From an uncultured Ignavibacteriaceae bacterium (GTDB lineage: Bacteria; Bacteroidota; Ignavibacteria; UBA10030): a stretch of DNA of 64,000 nucleotides. The notes beneath the pieces are model-generated. The model did not search any database, was not told where the DNA came from, and saw only the letters and a program-made list of their open reading frames with translations. Location: positions 314 through 64,313 of the forward strand of contig CAZOMY010000006.1 in assembly GCA_964581115.1 (NCBI GenBank). Reading direction: 5' to 3'. Every line of letters begins with the position of its first letter. Position 1 is the first letter of the stretch. The position numbers and the translations under genes are program-made. Below, piece by piece: positions 10,116 to 19,418 of the stretch.

Positions 10116-10221
10116 GAATTTTGCACCGCAATGACGCAGCGGCGCGAAGGCAAATGATCAAATCACGTTGCGCCTTCGCGTCTCTGCGGTGTATATCTTC
10201 TCTTTCGATCGAGGTGCTTTC

Positions 10222-11055
10222 ATGGAAGTCCGCTTTCTCCCCGACCCCGCGACCACGCGTCGCATGACCACCCAGGAGCTGCGCGAGCGGTTCGTGTTCG
10301 ACCGTATCGCCGTCCCGGGCGAGATCCGCACGGTCTACGTCGACGCTGACCGGTCGATCATCGGCTTTGCGATCCCGACCACGGCGCCCCTCGATCTCAC
10401 GGCCAGCCGAACGGAGATGGCGGCCGATCATTTTCTCGAGCGCCGTGAGATGGGCATCGTCAACGTCGGGGGTGCCGGCGTTGTGATCGCCGACGGGAAG
10501 GAATTCGTCCTTGCAAAACGCGACATGGTCTACCTTGGTCGCGGCACGAAGGCGGTGTCGTTCAAGAGCGCCAACGGCTCGAATCCGGCGGCGTTCTTTT
10601 TCGTCTCGTATCCCGCACATCGGGAGTATCCATCGCGACTGATGACGTTCGCCGAATCCGCCGCCACGCCGCTCGGCACGCCGAGAGACGCAAACAAGCG
10701 GACCATTCACAAGTACATTCACGAAGCCGGCATTCCCAGTTGCCAATTGGTGATGGGGATGACGGTGCTGGAAGAGGGGAGTGTCTGGAACACGATGCCG
10801 GCGCATACGCATCTGCGCAGGTCGGAGGTCTACATGTACTTCGACGTCCCTGAAGACGGGATGGTCGTTCACTTGATGGGCGAGCCGACGGAGACGCGTC
10901 ACGTCATCCTCCATAACCGCCAGGCCGTGATCTCGCCTGTCTGGTCCATTCATGCGGGCGCCGCGACGCAGGCCTATTCCTTTATCTGGGCCATGGGCGG
11001 AGAGAACCAGGCGTTCGATGATATGGATAAAGTTGCCGTGAGAGATCTGAAGTAG
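10222..11055 (+). CDS. kduI: 5-dehydro-4-deoxy-D-glucuronate isomerase
   Basis: ORF 10168-11055; ATG at 10222 (MEVRFLP). Strong full-length similarity to E. coli KduI (FLERRELGVINIGGAG, NLWNTMPCHTHERRMEVY, NEQAVISPSWSIHSG, ENQVFDDMDHVAVKDL). Confidence 0.9.
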   Translation: MEVRFLPDPATTRRMTTQELRERFVFDRIAVPGEIRTVYVDADRSIIGFAIPTTAPLDLTASRTEMAADHFLERREMGIVNVGGAGVVIADGKEFVLAKRDMVYLGRGTKAVSFKSANGSNPAAFFFVSYPAHREYPSRLMTFAESAATPLGTPRDANKRTIHKYIHEAGIPSCQLVMGMTVLEEGSVWNTMPAHTHLRRSEVYMYFDVPEDGMVVHLMGEPTETRHVILHNRQAVISPVWSIHAGAATQAYSFIWAMGGENQAFDDMDKVAVRDLK

Positions 11056-11239
11056 TAAGCAGTAAGCAGGTACAGTCAGGTTGTAGGCAGGCTGAGGTCC
11101 AATGACAAAGAACAAATGATCTTTCTTCTCGGGCTTCTGTCTGACCGTACCTGATGGTTTCTGAATACTGCCTGCTCCCATTCGCCTTCACGAGATTTCT
11201 CTTGTCTATTCAGCGCACCTGACAGCCCCGGGAGCCACC

Positions 11240-12658
11240 ATGGCCACCAAGAAACTCACCCTGCACCGCGACCGCTACCTCGACGCCAACCCGGCCGTGC
11301 GCAAGATCGCGCGCGAACTCTATCATTCCGTCAAGAAACTGCCGATCATCAGCCCGCATGGGCACGTCGACCCGGCCCTCTTCTCAAAGAACAAGCCTTT
11401 CCCGGATCCGGCGCAACTGTTCATCGTGCCGGACCATTATATCTTCCGGATGCTCCACGCGCAGGGGATCCCTCTCGAGCGCATGGGCGTGCCGACTCGC
11501 GATGGCTCGCCGACGGAGACCGACGGCCGCAAGATCTGGCAACTCTTCGCTGAGAACTATCACCTGTTCCGGGGTACGCCGTCGGGGGCATGGCTCGATG
11601 CCGAACTGGTCGATGTGCTTGGAGTGAAGGAGAAGCTGAACGGCAAGAACGCCCAGAGGATCTACGACTTCATCCAAGCAAAGCTCGAGACCAAGGAGTT
11701 CCGTCCGCGCGCCCTGTTCCAGCGTTTCAATATTGAGGTGCTGGCAACGACCGACGCCGCGACGGATACGCTTGACCATCACATAGCGATGCGTGCATCC
11801 GGTTGGAAGGGGCGCGTCATTCCCACTTTCCGACCAGACGGCCTGACGAACCTGCTCGATGCGGCTTGGAGCGCGAACGTAAAGCGCTTGGGCGAGCTGG
11901 TCGGGCATGAGATCACGACCATGCGTGCGTTCATCGCTGCCCTCGAGTCGCGCCGCGTCTTCTTCAAGTCGATGGGGGCCGTGGCTACCGATCATGGAGT
12001 GCAGAGTCCATACGTGCATCAGCTGTCGGAGCGGGAGGCCGACGACATTCTCGGAAGGGCGTTGAAAGGACTGGCCACCGCTCAGGATGCGGCCCAATTC
12101 ACGGCGCACATGCTGATGGAGATGGCACGCATGAGCAGCGAGGACGGCCTCGTCATGCAGCTCCATGCCGGCGCTCTGCGCAATCACCATACGGGCATCT
12201 TCCGGCGGTTCGGTCCCGACAAGGGCTTCGACATTCCAGCTCCGACGGAGTACGTGTCGAACCTTCGCGAGCTGACGGAGAAGTTCGGCAATCACCCGAG
12301 CTTGAAGATTATCCTCTTCACCCTCGACGAGACGACGTATGCGCGCGAACTCGCCCCGCTCGCGGGGGTCTATCCGGCCCTCTTGGTCGGTCCGGCCTGG
12401 TGGTTTCACGACAGCATCGAGGGGATGGTCCGCTACCGCGCGAACATCATGGAGACGGCCGGTCTCTATAACACCGCCGGATTCAATGACGACACGCGGG
12501 CGTTCTTGTCGATCCCGGCCCGGCACGACCTCTCCCGTCGCATGGATGCGAATTGGGTTGCTTCCCTCATGGCCCGGCATCTCGTGAGCAAGTCCGAAGG
12601 CCTCGAGATGATGTATGAGCTGGCGAACGGATTGGTGAAGAAGGCGTACGGATTATAG
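11240..12658 (+). CDS. uxaC: Glucuronate isomerase
   Basis: 472 aa. The N-terminal LPIISPHGHVDPALF and overall length match UxaC. A 184-bp AT-richer leader with repeats lies upstream. Confidence 0.95.
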   Translation: MATKKLTLHRDRYLDANPAVRKIARELYHSVKKLPIISPHGHVDPALFSKNKPFPDPAQLFIVPDHYIFRMLHAQGIPLERMGVPTRDGSPTETDGRKIWQLFAENYHLFRGTPSGAWLDAELVDVLGVKEKLNGKNAQRIYDFIQAKLETKEFRPRALFQRFNIEVLATTDAATDTLDHHIAMRASGWKGRVIPTFRPDGLTNLLDAAWSANVKRLGELVGHEITTMRAFIAALESRRVFFKSMGAVATDHGVQSPYVHQLSEREADDILGRALKGLATAQDAAQFTAHMLMEMARMSSEDGLVMQLHAGALRNHHTGIFRRFGPDKGFDIPAPTEYVSNLRELTEKFGNHPSLKIILFTLDETTYARELAPLAGVYPALLVGPAWWFHDSIEGMVRYRANIMETAGLYNTAGFNDDTRAFLSIPARHDLSRRMDANWVASLMARHLVSKSEGLEMMYELANGLVKKAYGL

Positions 12659-12719
12659 AAAGGGACGACGTCACGAGGGAGGAATGGAGAGATGGAGTGA
12701 CGGAGTTCACGTGAAGAGA

Positions 12720-12750
12720 CCAGCGCCTGTTGGCTTTCGACGGGCGCTGG
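12720..12750 (+). terminator. Putative intrinsic terminator after uxaC
   Basis: GC hairpin CCAGCGCC-(15 nt)-GGCGCTGG about 60 nt after the uxaC stop, followed by a short T-containing tract. Weak U-run. Confidence 0.3.
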
Positions 12751-12831
12751 CGTTCAATGCATGGGCGAAGGGCGCATCTGCAGTGAAAATGCCGCATATT
12801 CTCGGCATCACTCCGAACGCATGAGGATCCC

Positions 12832-13917
12832 ATGCAGATCGGTATCGTAGGCCTTCCGTTCTCCGGCAAATCAACGCTCTTCCAGACGCTCACCCGAACG
12901 CATCTCGATCCGTCCGCCCTCGCGAAAGCAGAGGCCCATCACGCGGTCGTCCGCGTCCCGGACGAGCGGATCGCCAGACTCTCGGCCCTGTTCAAACCCA
13001 AGAGTACCGTCCTTGCGGCGATCGAGTTCGTCGATGTCGTAGGCCTCAAGAAAGGGGAGACTGGTTCGACGCAGTTCACGACGAACTTCCTCGGCAACGT
13101 CAAGAACAACGATGCGCTCATCCAGGTCGTCCGGACCTTTGCCGAGCCCTCCGTCCCTCATCCGGATGGTTCGATCGATCCGCTCCGCGACGTCGCTACG
13201 TTCCACACCGAATTCTTGCTGGCCGACATGGCCATTCTCGAGAATCGGGTGGAGCGTATCAAGAAGCAGCTGGGAAAGCATCAAGACGACCATCTCAAGC
13301 GTGAGTTGCCCCTGCTCGAAAAGTGCCGTCAGCTGCTTGAACAGGAGCGTCCCCTGCGTGACGTCGAATGGACGAAAGAGGAGCTCCACCTTCTGAAGAC
13401 CTATCAGTTGTTGACGCTGAAGCCGATGCTGATCGCCCTGAATGGCGACGAGTCACAGCTCAAAGGCATGGACGCCACGGTCAAGGCCGTTGCGGCGAAG
13501 TTCGCCGGCCGCCACACACGCGTCCTGGCCTTCTTCGGCAAGGTCGAACAGGAGATGTCCGAACTGGACGAAGCCGATGCCTCGGCGTTCATGCAGGAGT
13601 ATGGCATCTCGGAATCAGCCCTCACGGCCATCATTCGAGAATCGTACGACCTTCTCGGACTGCGCTCGTTCTTCACCGTCGGCGAGGATGAATGCAGGGC
13701 CTGGACGATCCGGGAGGGGATGACCGCGCAAGAAGCGGCGGGGGTGATCCATACCGACTTCTTCCAGAAGTTCATCCGCGCCGAAGTGGTCCACTACGAT
13801 CATTTCATCGCCGCGGACGGCTCATTCGCCAAGGCCAAGGAGACCGGTCATTGGCGGCTTGAAGGGAAGGAATACGTGGTGAAAGACGGGGACATTCTGT
13901 CGATCAGGCATAACTGA
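12832..13917 (+). CDS. ychF: Ribosome-binding ATPase YchF (Obg-family GTPase/ATPase with C-terminal TGS domain)
   Basis: 361 aa. P-loop GIVGLPFSGKSTLF. C-terminal TGS-like segment GKEYVVKDGDILSIRHN. Confidence 0.9.
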   Translation: MQIGIVGLPFSGKSTLFQTLTRTHLDPSALAKAEAHHAVVRVPDERIARLSALFKPKSTVLAAIEFVDVVGLKKGETGSTQFTTNFLGNVKNNDALIQVVRTFAEPSVPHPDGSIDPLRDVATFHTEFLLADMAILENRVERIKKQLGKHQDDHLKRELPLLEKCRQLLEQERPLRDVEWTKEELHLLKTYQLLTLKPMLIALNGDESQLKGMDATVKAVAAKFAGRHTRVLAFFGKVEQEMSELDEADASAFMQEYGISESALTAIIRESYDLLGLRSFFTVGEDECRAWTIREGMTAQEAAGVIHTDFFQKFIRAEVVHYDHFIAADGSFAKAKETGHWRLEGKEYVVKDGDILSIRHN

Positions 13918-14038
13918 GGACAGAGGACAAAGGCACTGATTGCTGATCACTAACCATTGGCTCCTGATGGCCGCCCAGTGATCATTGGTCACTGACCAGT
14001 TCTGGGACTGCCGTCTTCGCAACTTCAGAAGGAACCGT

Positions 14039-14734
14039 ATGGGTTCTTTTGCTGATTATCTCTCCATGTTGCCCGACTATGTCATCCGGTCGGTATTCGC
14101 GCTCGTGTGTGGCGGGCTGATCGGGCTCGAACGGGAACGGCGCGGCAAACCGGCAGGGCTTCGGACGAACATCCTCATCTGTATCGGCTCGGCAATGTAC
14201 ATGATCGTCGGGGATCTCATCTCGTACAGGTCGGAGGTTGCGAGCGACCCTGCCCGGATCGCGGCCCAAGTGGTGACGGGAATCGGTTTCATCGGTGCCG
14301 GGACCATCATTCAATCCCGCGGCACGATCACCGGCCTGACGAGCGCGGCGGTCACCTGGTGTGTCGCCGCTATTGGCATCACGATCGGCGCGGGACATAC
14401 CCTGTTGGCCGTCTATTTCACTCTTCTGATCCTATTCGTCCTGTCCATCTTGGCGCACTTCGAGCGACGACTGCTCGGGACGTGTGTCTATGCGAAGTGT
14501 GCGGTGGAGCTTGAGGACAAGGACGGACTGGCGTGGGCGCGCGTGAACGAAGTGTTGCGCGAGCATGACGTGCCGGCGGAACACTACGAGATCCTGAAAA
14601 AAGGGAAGCACATCCTGCTGAATATCACCTACTGCGAGCGACATGCATCGCACAACAGGTTCCTGTTCGACCTTTGGGCGTCGCCGGGCATCCGCGACGT
14701 GCAGAGCGATCTGCCGTTGAAGAGTTTCAAGTAA
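14039..14734 (+). CDS. mgtC: MgtC/SapB family membrane protein
   Basis: ORF 13985-14734; ATG at 14039 (MGSFADYLS). Motifs CGGLIGLERE and GLRTNILICIGSAMYM and the VTGIGFIGAGTII transmembrane domain are typical of MgtC. Confidence 0.8.
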   Translation: MGSFADYLSMLPDYVIRSVFALVCGGLIGLERERRGKPAGLRTNILICIGSAMYMIVGDLISYRSEVASDPARIAAQVVTGIGFIGAGTIIQSRGTITGLTSAAVTWCVAAIGITIGAGHTLLAVYFTLLILFVLSILAHFERRLLGTCVYAKCAVELEDKDGLAWARVNEVLREHDVPAEHYEILKKGKHILLNITYCERHASHNRFLFDLWASPGIRDVQSDLPLKSFK

Positions 14735-16011
14735 TGAAATGGGCTCCTTGTGTTCTTTGTGGCTGCAATCCCCTAACCCCGGAAGCACGATTGACGACAT
14801 TCTCCCTCGATCTCATCCAGACGCTCGCGCTTGCGGCCGTCGTACTCATCCTCGGCTACTCCATTCGCAAGCGCATCGGGGTCCTCGATCGTTACAATAT
14901 CCCGGCTCCCGTCGTAGGCGGATTCCTGTTCGCCGGGCTTGCGCTGACGCTCCGCTCCTCCGGCACTGCTGCCTTCGCCTTCGATACAACACTGCAGTCT
15001 CCCCTCATGATCGCCTTCTTTACGACGATCGGCCTTGGGGCCAATGTGCGCCTGTTGAAGATCGGCGGCCCGCAGGTCTTCCTGTTCTGGCTCCTTGCTT
15101 CAGTCCTCGCTGTCGTCCAGGGCGGCGTCGGCGTCGCTTTGGCAAAGGCCATGGGCGTTGATCCGTTCCTCGGCATCATCGCCGGATCGATGACCATGAC
15201 CGGGGGGCACGGCACGGGTGCGGCCTTCGGAAAGTTGATGGAGGACCAATACGCGTTCACGGGCGCGGTGACGCTTGCGATGGCGGCGGCAACCTTCGGC
15301 CTTGTATCGGGGGGCATCATCGGCGGACCAGTGGCGACCCGCCTGATCCAGAAATGGCATCCCCATCATCAGCGGTCGTCCGCCAAAGCGCCGTTGACGA
15401 TCACGCCGGACGACGAGGTCGTGTTGAAGGAGCGGGCACCGGCCGAAGAAGGCCTGGCCTTCCGGCTCTTGCGGACGATCGGGACCATTTTGATCGCGAT
15501 GTCGGTCGGTTCGCTCCTGAGTTCGTGGCTCGGGCAATACATGACCTTGCCGGCCTACATCGGCTCGATGATCGTGGCGGCGATCATGTGCAACCTGGCG
15601 CCGCTCGTCCAGATGCCCCTGGACAGCCGCATGATCGAAGATCTCGGCATGGTGGCCTTATCGCTCTTTCTCACGATGGCGTTGATGTCGCTCAGACTGT
15701 GGGAACTGCTCGACCTGGCGGTCCCGCTTTTGGTCATTCTTTCGGTCCAGGTCGTCCTGATGGCGGCCTATGCCACTTGGGTGGTCTTTCGATTCATGGG
15801 CAAGGACTATGACGCGGCCGTGATGGCCGGAGGTCACTGCGGCTTCGGCCTCGGCGCTACTCCCAATGCCGTGGCGAACATGGAGGCGATCACAGAACGA
15901 TACGGTCCTGCGCCGCGTGCATTTCTCGTGGTTCCGATGGTCGGGGCGTTCTTCATCGACTTCACGAACGCTATCATCATCACAACCTATATCAACCTCG
16001 TCGCACCGTAG
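14734..16011 (+). CDS. gltS: Sodium/glutamate symporter GltS
   Basis: Aligns end to end with E. coli GltS (GSMTMTGGHGTGAA, AGGHCGFGLGATPNAVANMEAITERYGP, FLVVPMVGAFFIDF). The ATG at 14734 overlaps the mgtC stop (TAATG). The Cys-rich N-terminal 19 aa look non-native, so the true start may be TTG about 14791. Confidence 0.9.
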   Translation: MKWAPCVLCGCNPLTPEARLTTFSLDLIQTLALAAVVLILGYSIRKRIGVLDRYNIPAPVVGGFLFAGLALTLRSSGTAAFAFDTTLQSPLMIAFFTTIGLGANVRLLKIGGPQVFLFWLLASVLAVVQGGVGVALAKAMGVDPFLGIIAGSMTMTGGHGTGAAFGKLMEDQYAFTGAVTLAMAAATFGLVSGGIIGGPVATRLIQKWHPHHQRSSAKAPLTITPDDEVVLKERAPAEEGLAFRLLRTIGTILIAMSVGSLLSSWLGQYMTLPAYIGSMIVAAIMCNLAPLVQMPLDSRMIEDLGMVALSLFLTMALMSLRLWELLDLAVPLLVILSVQVVLMAAYATWVVFRFMGKDYDAAVMAGGHCGFGLGATPNAVANMEAITERYGPAPRAFLVVPMVGAFFIDFTNAIIITTYINLVAP

Positions 16012-16025
16012 GGGATCGAAGCACT

Positions 16026-16127
16026 TCACAGAGTTCCACAGAGGTTACACAGAGATCCACCGAGGGAAAGTAGGTGGAAGAGATGTTTTTCTCTGTGGAA
16101 CTCTGTGATTCTCTGTGGATCTCTGTG
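16026..16127. repeat. Long imperfect inverted repeat built from CACAGAG motifs
   Basis: Left arm CACAGAGTTCCACAGAGGTTACACAGAGATCCAC (16026-16059). Its near reverse complement CTCTGTGGAACTCTGTGATTCTCTGTGGATCTCTGTG is at 16089-16127. Forms a stem of about 35 bp immediately after the gltS stop. Confidence 0.6.
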
Positions 16128-16154
16128 TCACGTCCTTTGTTCAAGAAAAAAGAG

Positions 16155-16220
16155 GACGCCCGCCGGAACATTGGAAATTGTCGATTGACAATTTGAAATT
16201 CCCAATGGTTCCAGCGGGCG
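16155..16220. terminator. Bidirectional terminator-like long hairpin between convergent gltS and the MCP gene
   Basis: ACGCCCGCCGGAAC...GTTCCAGCGGGCGT flanks the perfect inner palindrome GAAATTGTCGATTGACAATTTGAAATTC, giving a stem of about 30 bp. The A-run upstream (AAGAAAAAAGAGG) provides a U-tract for the minus-strand MCP transcript. Confidence 0.5.
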
Positions 16221-16296
16221 TTGTTGCGGAAAGCCGGGAAGGCTGGTGAGGCGCGGCTGTGCGAGGCGCGCGCCGGTCCGTCCCGGCAGGGGGAGA

Positions 16297-17949
16297 TCAG
16301 GCCTTCGGCCGCGCGGCCGCAGGATGTTTCACGAGGACGCCGTTCTCACGCACGGCATACGTCGACCGTGACCCTCCGGACGACCGGCCGGAGGGAGCCG
16401 GCTTGGCCGTGCCAGACGGTCCAATGTTCGACCGAAGCTGGAACCGGTCGACGAGCTGCTGCAGCTGCTCGGTCAATCGGTTGAGATCCTCGGCCGTGCG
16501 GGCGATCTCTTGCGTACCGGCCGCCGTCTGCTGCGTGACGCTGGTGATGGCTTCGACGCTCTTGCTGATCATCTGGCTGCTGCCGGCCTGCTGTTCGCTG
16601 GCGCTCGCAATGTGCGTGACCATATCGGTGAGATGCTGTGAGATGTCGACGATCTCGCGGAGCGACGCGCCGGCCCGATCGGCAAGGGCGATGCCTTGGT
16701 CGACCTCTTTCGTGGCCTCTTCCATTGTGCGCACGGCTCCCTTCGTGTCGGCCTGGATGCGCTCGATCATGGCGGCGATCTCTTTCGTTGCCGTGGCGGT
16801 CTTCTCGGCCAATCGGCGGACCTCGTCGGCCACCACCGCAAAGCCGCGCCCCTGCTCTCCGGCACGGGCGGCCTCGATGGCTGCATTGAGGGCCAGCAGA
16901 TTGGTCTGGTCGGCGATGTCGTCGATGACGCTGATGATCTCGCCGATCTGATTGCTCGAGGCGCCGAGATTGCTGACGGTGGAAGCCGATTGCCGGACGA
17001 CTTCCGCAATGCTCTTCATGCCCGAGACCGTCTCGTTCACGACGGTCCCGCCCTGTTCGGCGGCGGCTTTCGCCCGCTTCGCTGTTTCAGCGGCCGCGGC
17101 CGCGTTCTTGGTGTTCGTGCCGATCGTCGCGGCCATCTGAATTACGGCGCCGGCGACCTCGGTGGCTTGTGCCGTCTGCTCATGCGCTCCCGCCGCCATT
17201 TCCTCGGTGCTCGAGCTGATCTCCGCGCTGGCGCTGGCGACAGCCGTGGCCGATTCAGAGACCTGCAGTAATGTCTCCCGGATCGACACGACGAATCGGT
17301 CGAATGAATTCTGCATCTGGCCCACCTCATCCAGCCGACCGCTTGCAAAGCGCGTGTTGAGGTCGGCATTGTCAATGCTGGCCCGGATGGCGTTGAGGTC
17401 GCCGATCAGCGAACGTGCCACGACGACGACGATCGTGATGCCGGCCGCTGCGATCACAAGGTTGATCAGGAGGGAGACGATGATCTGCGCATTGATGCCC
17501 GCCATGATCGGGGCCAGCGAGACGCCGACGTAGGCCGACCCGAGTGTCCGGTTCTTGTAGACGATCGGAGCGCCGGCGACCGTGACATCGCCCAACTGAT
17601 ACGTCACGTTGCTGCTCGTTCGATGATCGACTTTGACATTGAACGGATTGTGCTCGACGATCGGATTCCCCTGTTCGTCGTAGATCAAGACGAGCGTGAC
17701 GGTGCTGTCGGACCGTGCCCAAGCAAAAGCGGTCTGAACGAGCTCGAAATTGCTGTCGCTCAACCCCGCTCCGATGGAGAACGAAAGCATCTCGGTCAGC
17801 AGGTGCGCTCGTTGCCGCGCCGATTCGTATCCGGCCGCGCGTTGATTGAGTGGATAGTAGATCGCGGCGAACAGAATGATCGCTACCATCGGCAGGATGA
17901 AAAGTGCGATAAGACGCGCCTGCAGAGATCTCTGGAAGAGCTGCTTCAT
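16297..17949 (-). CDS. Methyl-accepting chemotaxis protein (TM plus HAMP plus MCP signalling domain)
   Basis: 550 aa. N-terminal TM helix. C-terminal MCP signalling domain with [34 protein letters not shown]. No che genes adjacent. Confidence 0.85.
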   Translation of the reverse strand: MKQLFQRSLQARLIALFILPMVAIILFAAIYYPLNQRAAGYESARQRAHLLTEMLSFSIGAGLSDSNFELVQTAFAWARSDSTVTLVLIYDEQGNPIVEHNPFNVKVDHRTSSNVTYQLGDVTVAGAPIVYKNRTLGSAYVGVSLAPIMAGINAQIIVSLLINLVIAAAGITIVVVVARSLIGDLNAIRASIDNADLNTRFASGRLDEVGQMQNSFDRFVVSIRETLLQVSESATAVASASAEISSSTEEMAAGAHEQTAQATEVAGAVIQMAATIGTNTKNAAAAAETAKRAKAAAEQGGTVVNETVSGMKSIAEVVRQSASTVSNLGASSNQIGEIISVIDDIADQTNLLALNAAIEAARAGEQGRGFAVVADEVRRLAEKTATATKEIAAMIERIQADTKGAVRTMEEATKEVDQGIALADRAGASLREIVDISQHLTDMVTHIASASEQQAGSSQMISKSVEAITSVTQQTAAGTQEIARTAEDLNRLTEQLQQLVDRFQLRSNIGPSGTAKPAPSGRSSGGSRSTYAVRENGVLVKHPAAARPKA

Positions 17950-18218
17950 GGCCGGTGCCTCGAAACGGTGATGAGCATGACTGATTTCGTGGATGTAATG
18001 TACACGGAGCCGGCTCCGGGCTGTATCAGGAACGGCGTGATTTGAGGGTAGGAATTGTCCTACCTCCGATGCGCGGTTGGTGAGGCGGCCTCGATGCGGC
18101 TACCGCGATGGGCTGATTTCGGGCCAAAACGGGCTGTTCGGCCGTTGACCAACCCACTTGCACTTTCAAAGACGAAGCCCTACGGTTGAACATCGACGCA
18201 CGATATCGCGAGCCCGAA

Positions 18219-19418
18219 ATGAAGATCCTGATCGCCGACGCATTTCCGCCACGCGCCCTGACGCGCCTCTCGGAATTGGGCTGCGACGTTGACTACCGTC
18301 CCAAACTCACGTCTGATGAGCTCGCCGGTGCGGTCGGCGACGCATCCATCCTGATCGTCCGCTCGACGGAGGTCCCGAAGGCGTGCATCGACGCCGGACG
18401 CATGCTCAGCCTCATCATCCGCGCGGGGGCCGGCGTCAACACGATCGACATCAAGGCGGCGAACGCCCGGGGCATCTACGTGTCGAACTGTCCGGGCAAG
18501 AACGCCATCGCGGTCGCCGAGTTGACCATGGGACTGCTCCTAGCCGTCGACCGACGGATCCCGGACAACGTTGCCGACCTGCGGGCCGGACGATGGAACA
18601 AAGGGGAATATTCGAAAGCGGAAGGGCTGTGCGGAAAGACCATGGGCATCGTCGGAGCGGGCCAGATCGGACGCGAGGTCGTGGTGCGCGCCAGGGCCTT
18701 CGGACTCAAGGTCGTGGTCTGGTCGAGGTCGATCACGGCGGAAGAGGCGGAACGCCTCGGCGTGTCGCGTGCGACGTCGTTGGAGGATCTGCTGGCCCGT
18801 TGCGACATCATCTCGCTGCACGTCGCGTTGACGCCCGAGACCCGCGGGATGATCAGTCGGGAGGCGGTGGCGAGAATGAAGCCGGGCACGATCCTGCTGA
18901 ATGCGGCGCGTGCCGAAGTGGTTGATGAGGCGGCGGTGCTCGAGGCGGTCGAAGCCGGTCGCTTGCGCTACGGAACAGACGTTTTCTCCGGCGAGCCGGA
19001 GGAGAAATCAGGACCGTTCGTGAGCCGACTGGCGCAACTGCCGGGCGTGGTCGGCACCCACCACATCGGTGCGTCGACGGAGCAGGCGCAGGACGCGGTG
19101 GCCGATGAGGTGGTACGGATCGTCGACCGCTACCGACGGTTCGGTGAGGTTCTCAACTGGGTCAACCGCCAGCGTACGTCCGCGGCAACATGGCAGCTCG
19201 TCGTCAGGCACTACGACCGACCAGGCGTGCTGGCCAACGTGCTGTCGGAACTGAAGACGGCCGGCATCAACGTGCAGGAAGTGGAGAACGTGGTGTTTGA
19301 AGGGGCGCTGACCGCCTGCTGTACGTTGCGCCTCAACGCACGTCCGGCGCCGGGCGTCATGGACGCTATAGCGGCAAGGAGGGACGAAGTGATCAGCGTG
19401 CTGCTCAGCCCGTTGTGA
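18219..19418 (+). CDS. D-isomer-specific 2-hydroxyacid dehydrogenase, D-3-phosphoglycerate dehydrogenase (SerA)-like with C-terminal ACT-like domain
   Basis: ORF 18186-19418; ATG at 18219 (MKILIADA). NAD-binding GIVGAGQIGREV. Catalytic region ILLNAARAEVVDEAA and HIGASTEQAQ. The C-terminal roughly 80 aa are ACT-like (VVRHYDRPGVLANVLSELKTAGINV). Confidence 0.8.
   Translation: MKILIADAFPPRALTRLSELGCDVDYRPKLTSDELAGAVGDASILIVRSTEVPKACIDAGRMLSLIIRAGAGVNTIDIKAANARGIYVSNCPGKNAIAVAELTMGLLLAVDRRIPDNVADLRAGRWNKGEYSKAEGLCGKTMGIVGAGQIGREVVVRARAFGLKVVVWSRSITAEEAERLGVSRATSLEDLLARCDIISLHVALTPETRGMISREAVARMKPGTILLNAARAEVVDEAAVLEAVEAGRLRYGTDVFSGEPEEKSGPFVSRLAQLPGVVGTHHIGASTEQAQDAVADEVVRIVDRYRRFGEVLNWVNRQRTSAATWQLVVRHYDRPGVLANVLSELKTAGINVQEVENVVFEGALTACCTLRLNARPAPGVMDAIAARRDEVISVLLSPL

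Noticed and set aside
13918-14038. Mg2+ riboswitch (M-box) upstream of mgtC
   Set aside because: The leader is only about 120 nt and lacks the length and paired elements of an M-box. I only note a 19-bp near-palindrome.
14734-14791. Cys-rich N-terminal extension of GltS (MKWAPCVLCGCNPL) as a metal-binding tail
   Set aside because: It is not present in GltS homologues. It is more likely a start-codon miscall, with the true start about 14791 at TTG aligning with the E. coli GltS N-terminus.
16026-16127. CACAGAG repeats as a possible CRISPR array
   Set aside because: There are only a few copies. They are arranged as an inverted repeat (a hairpin), with no regularly spaced spacers and no cas genes nearby.
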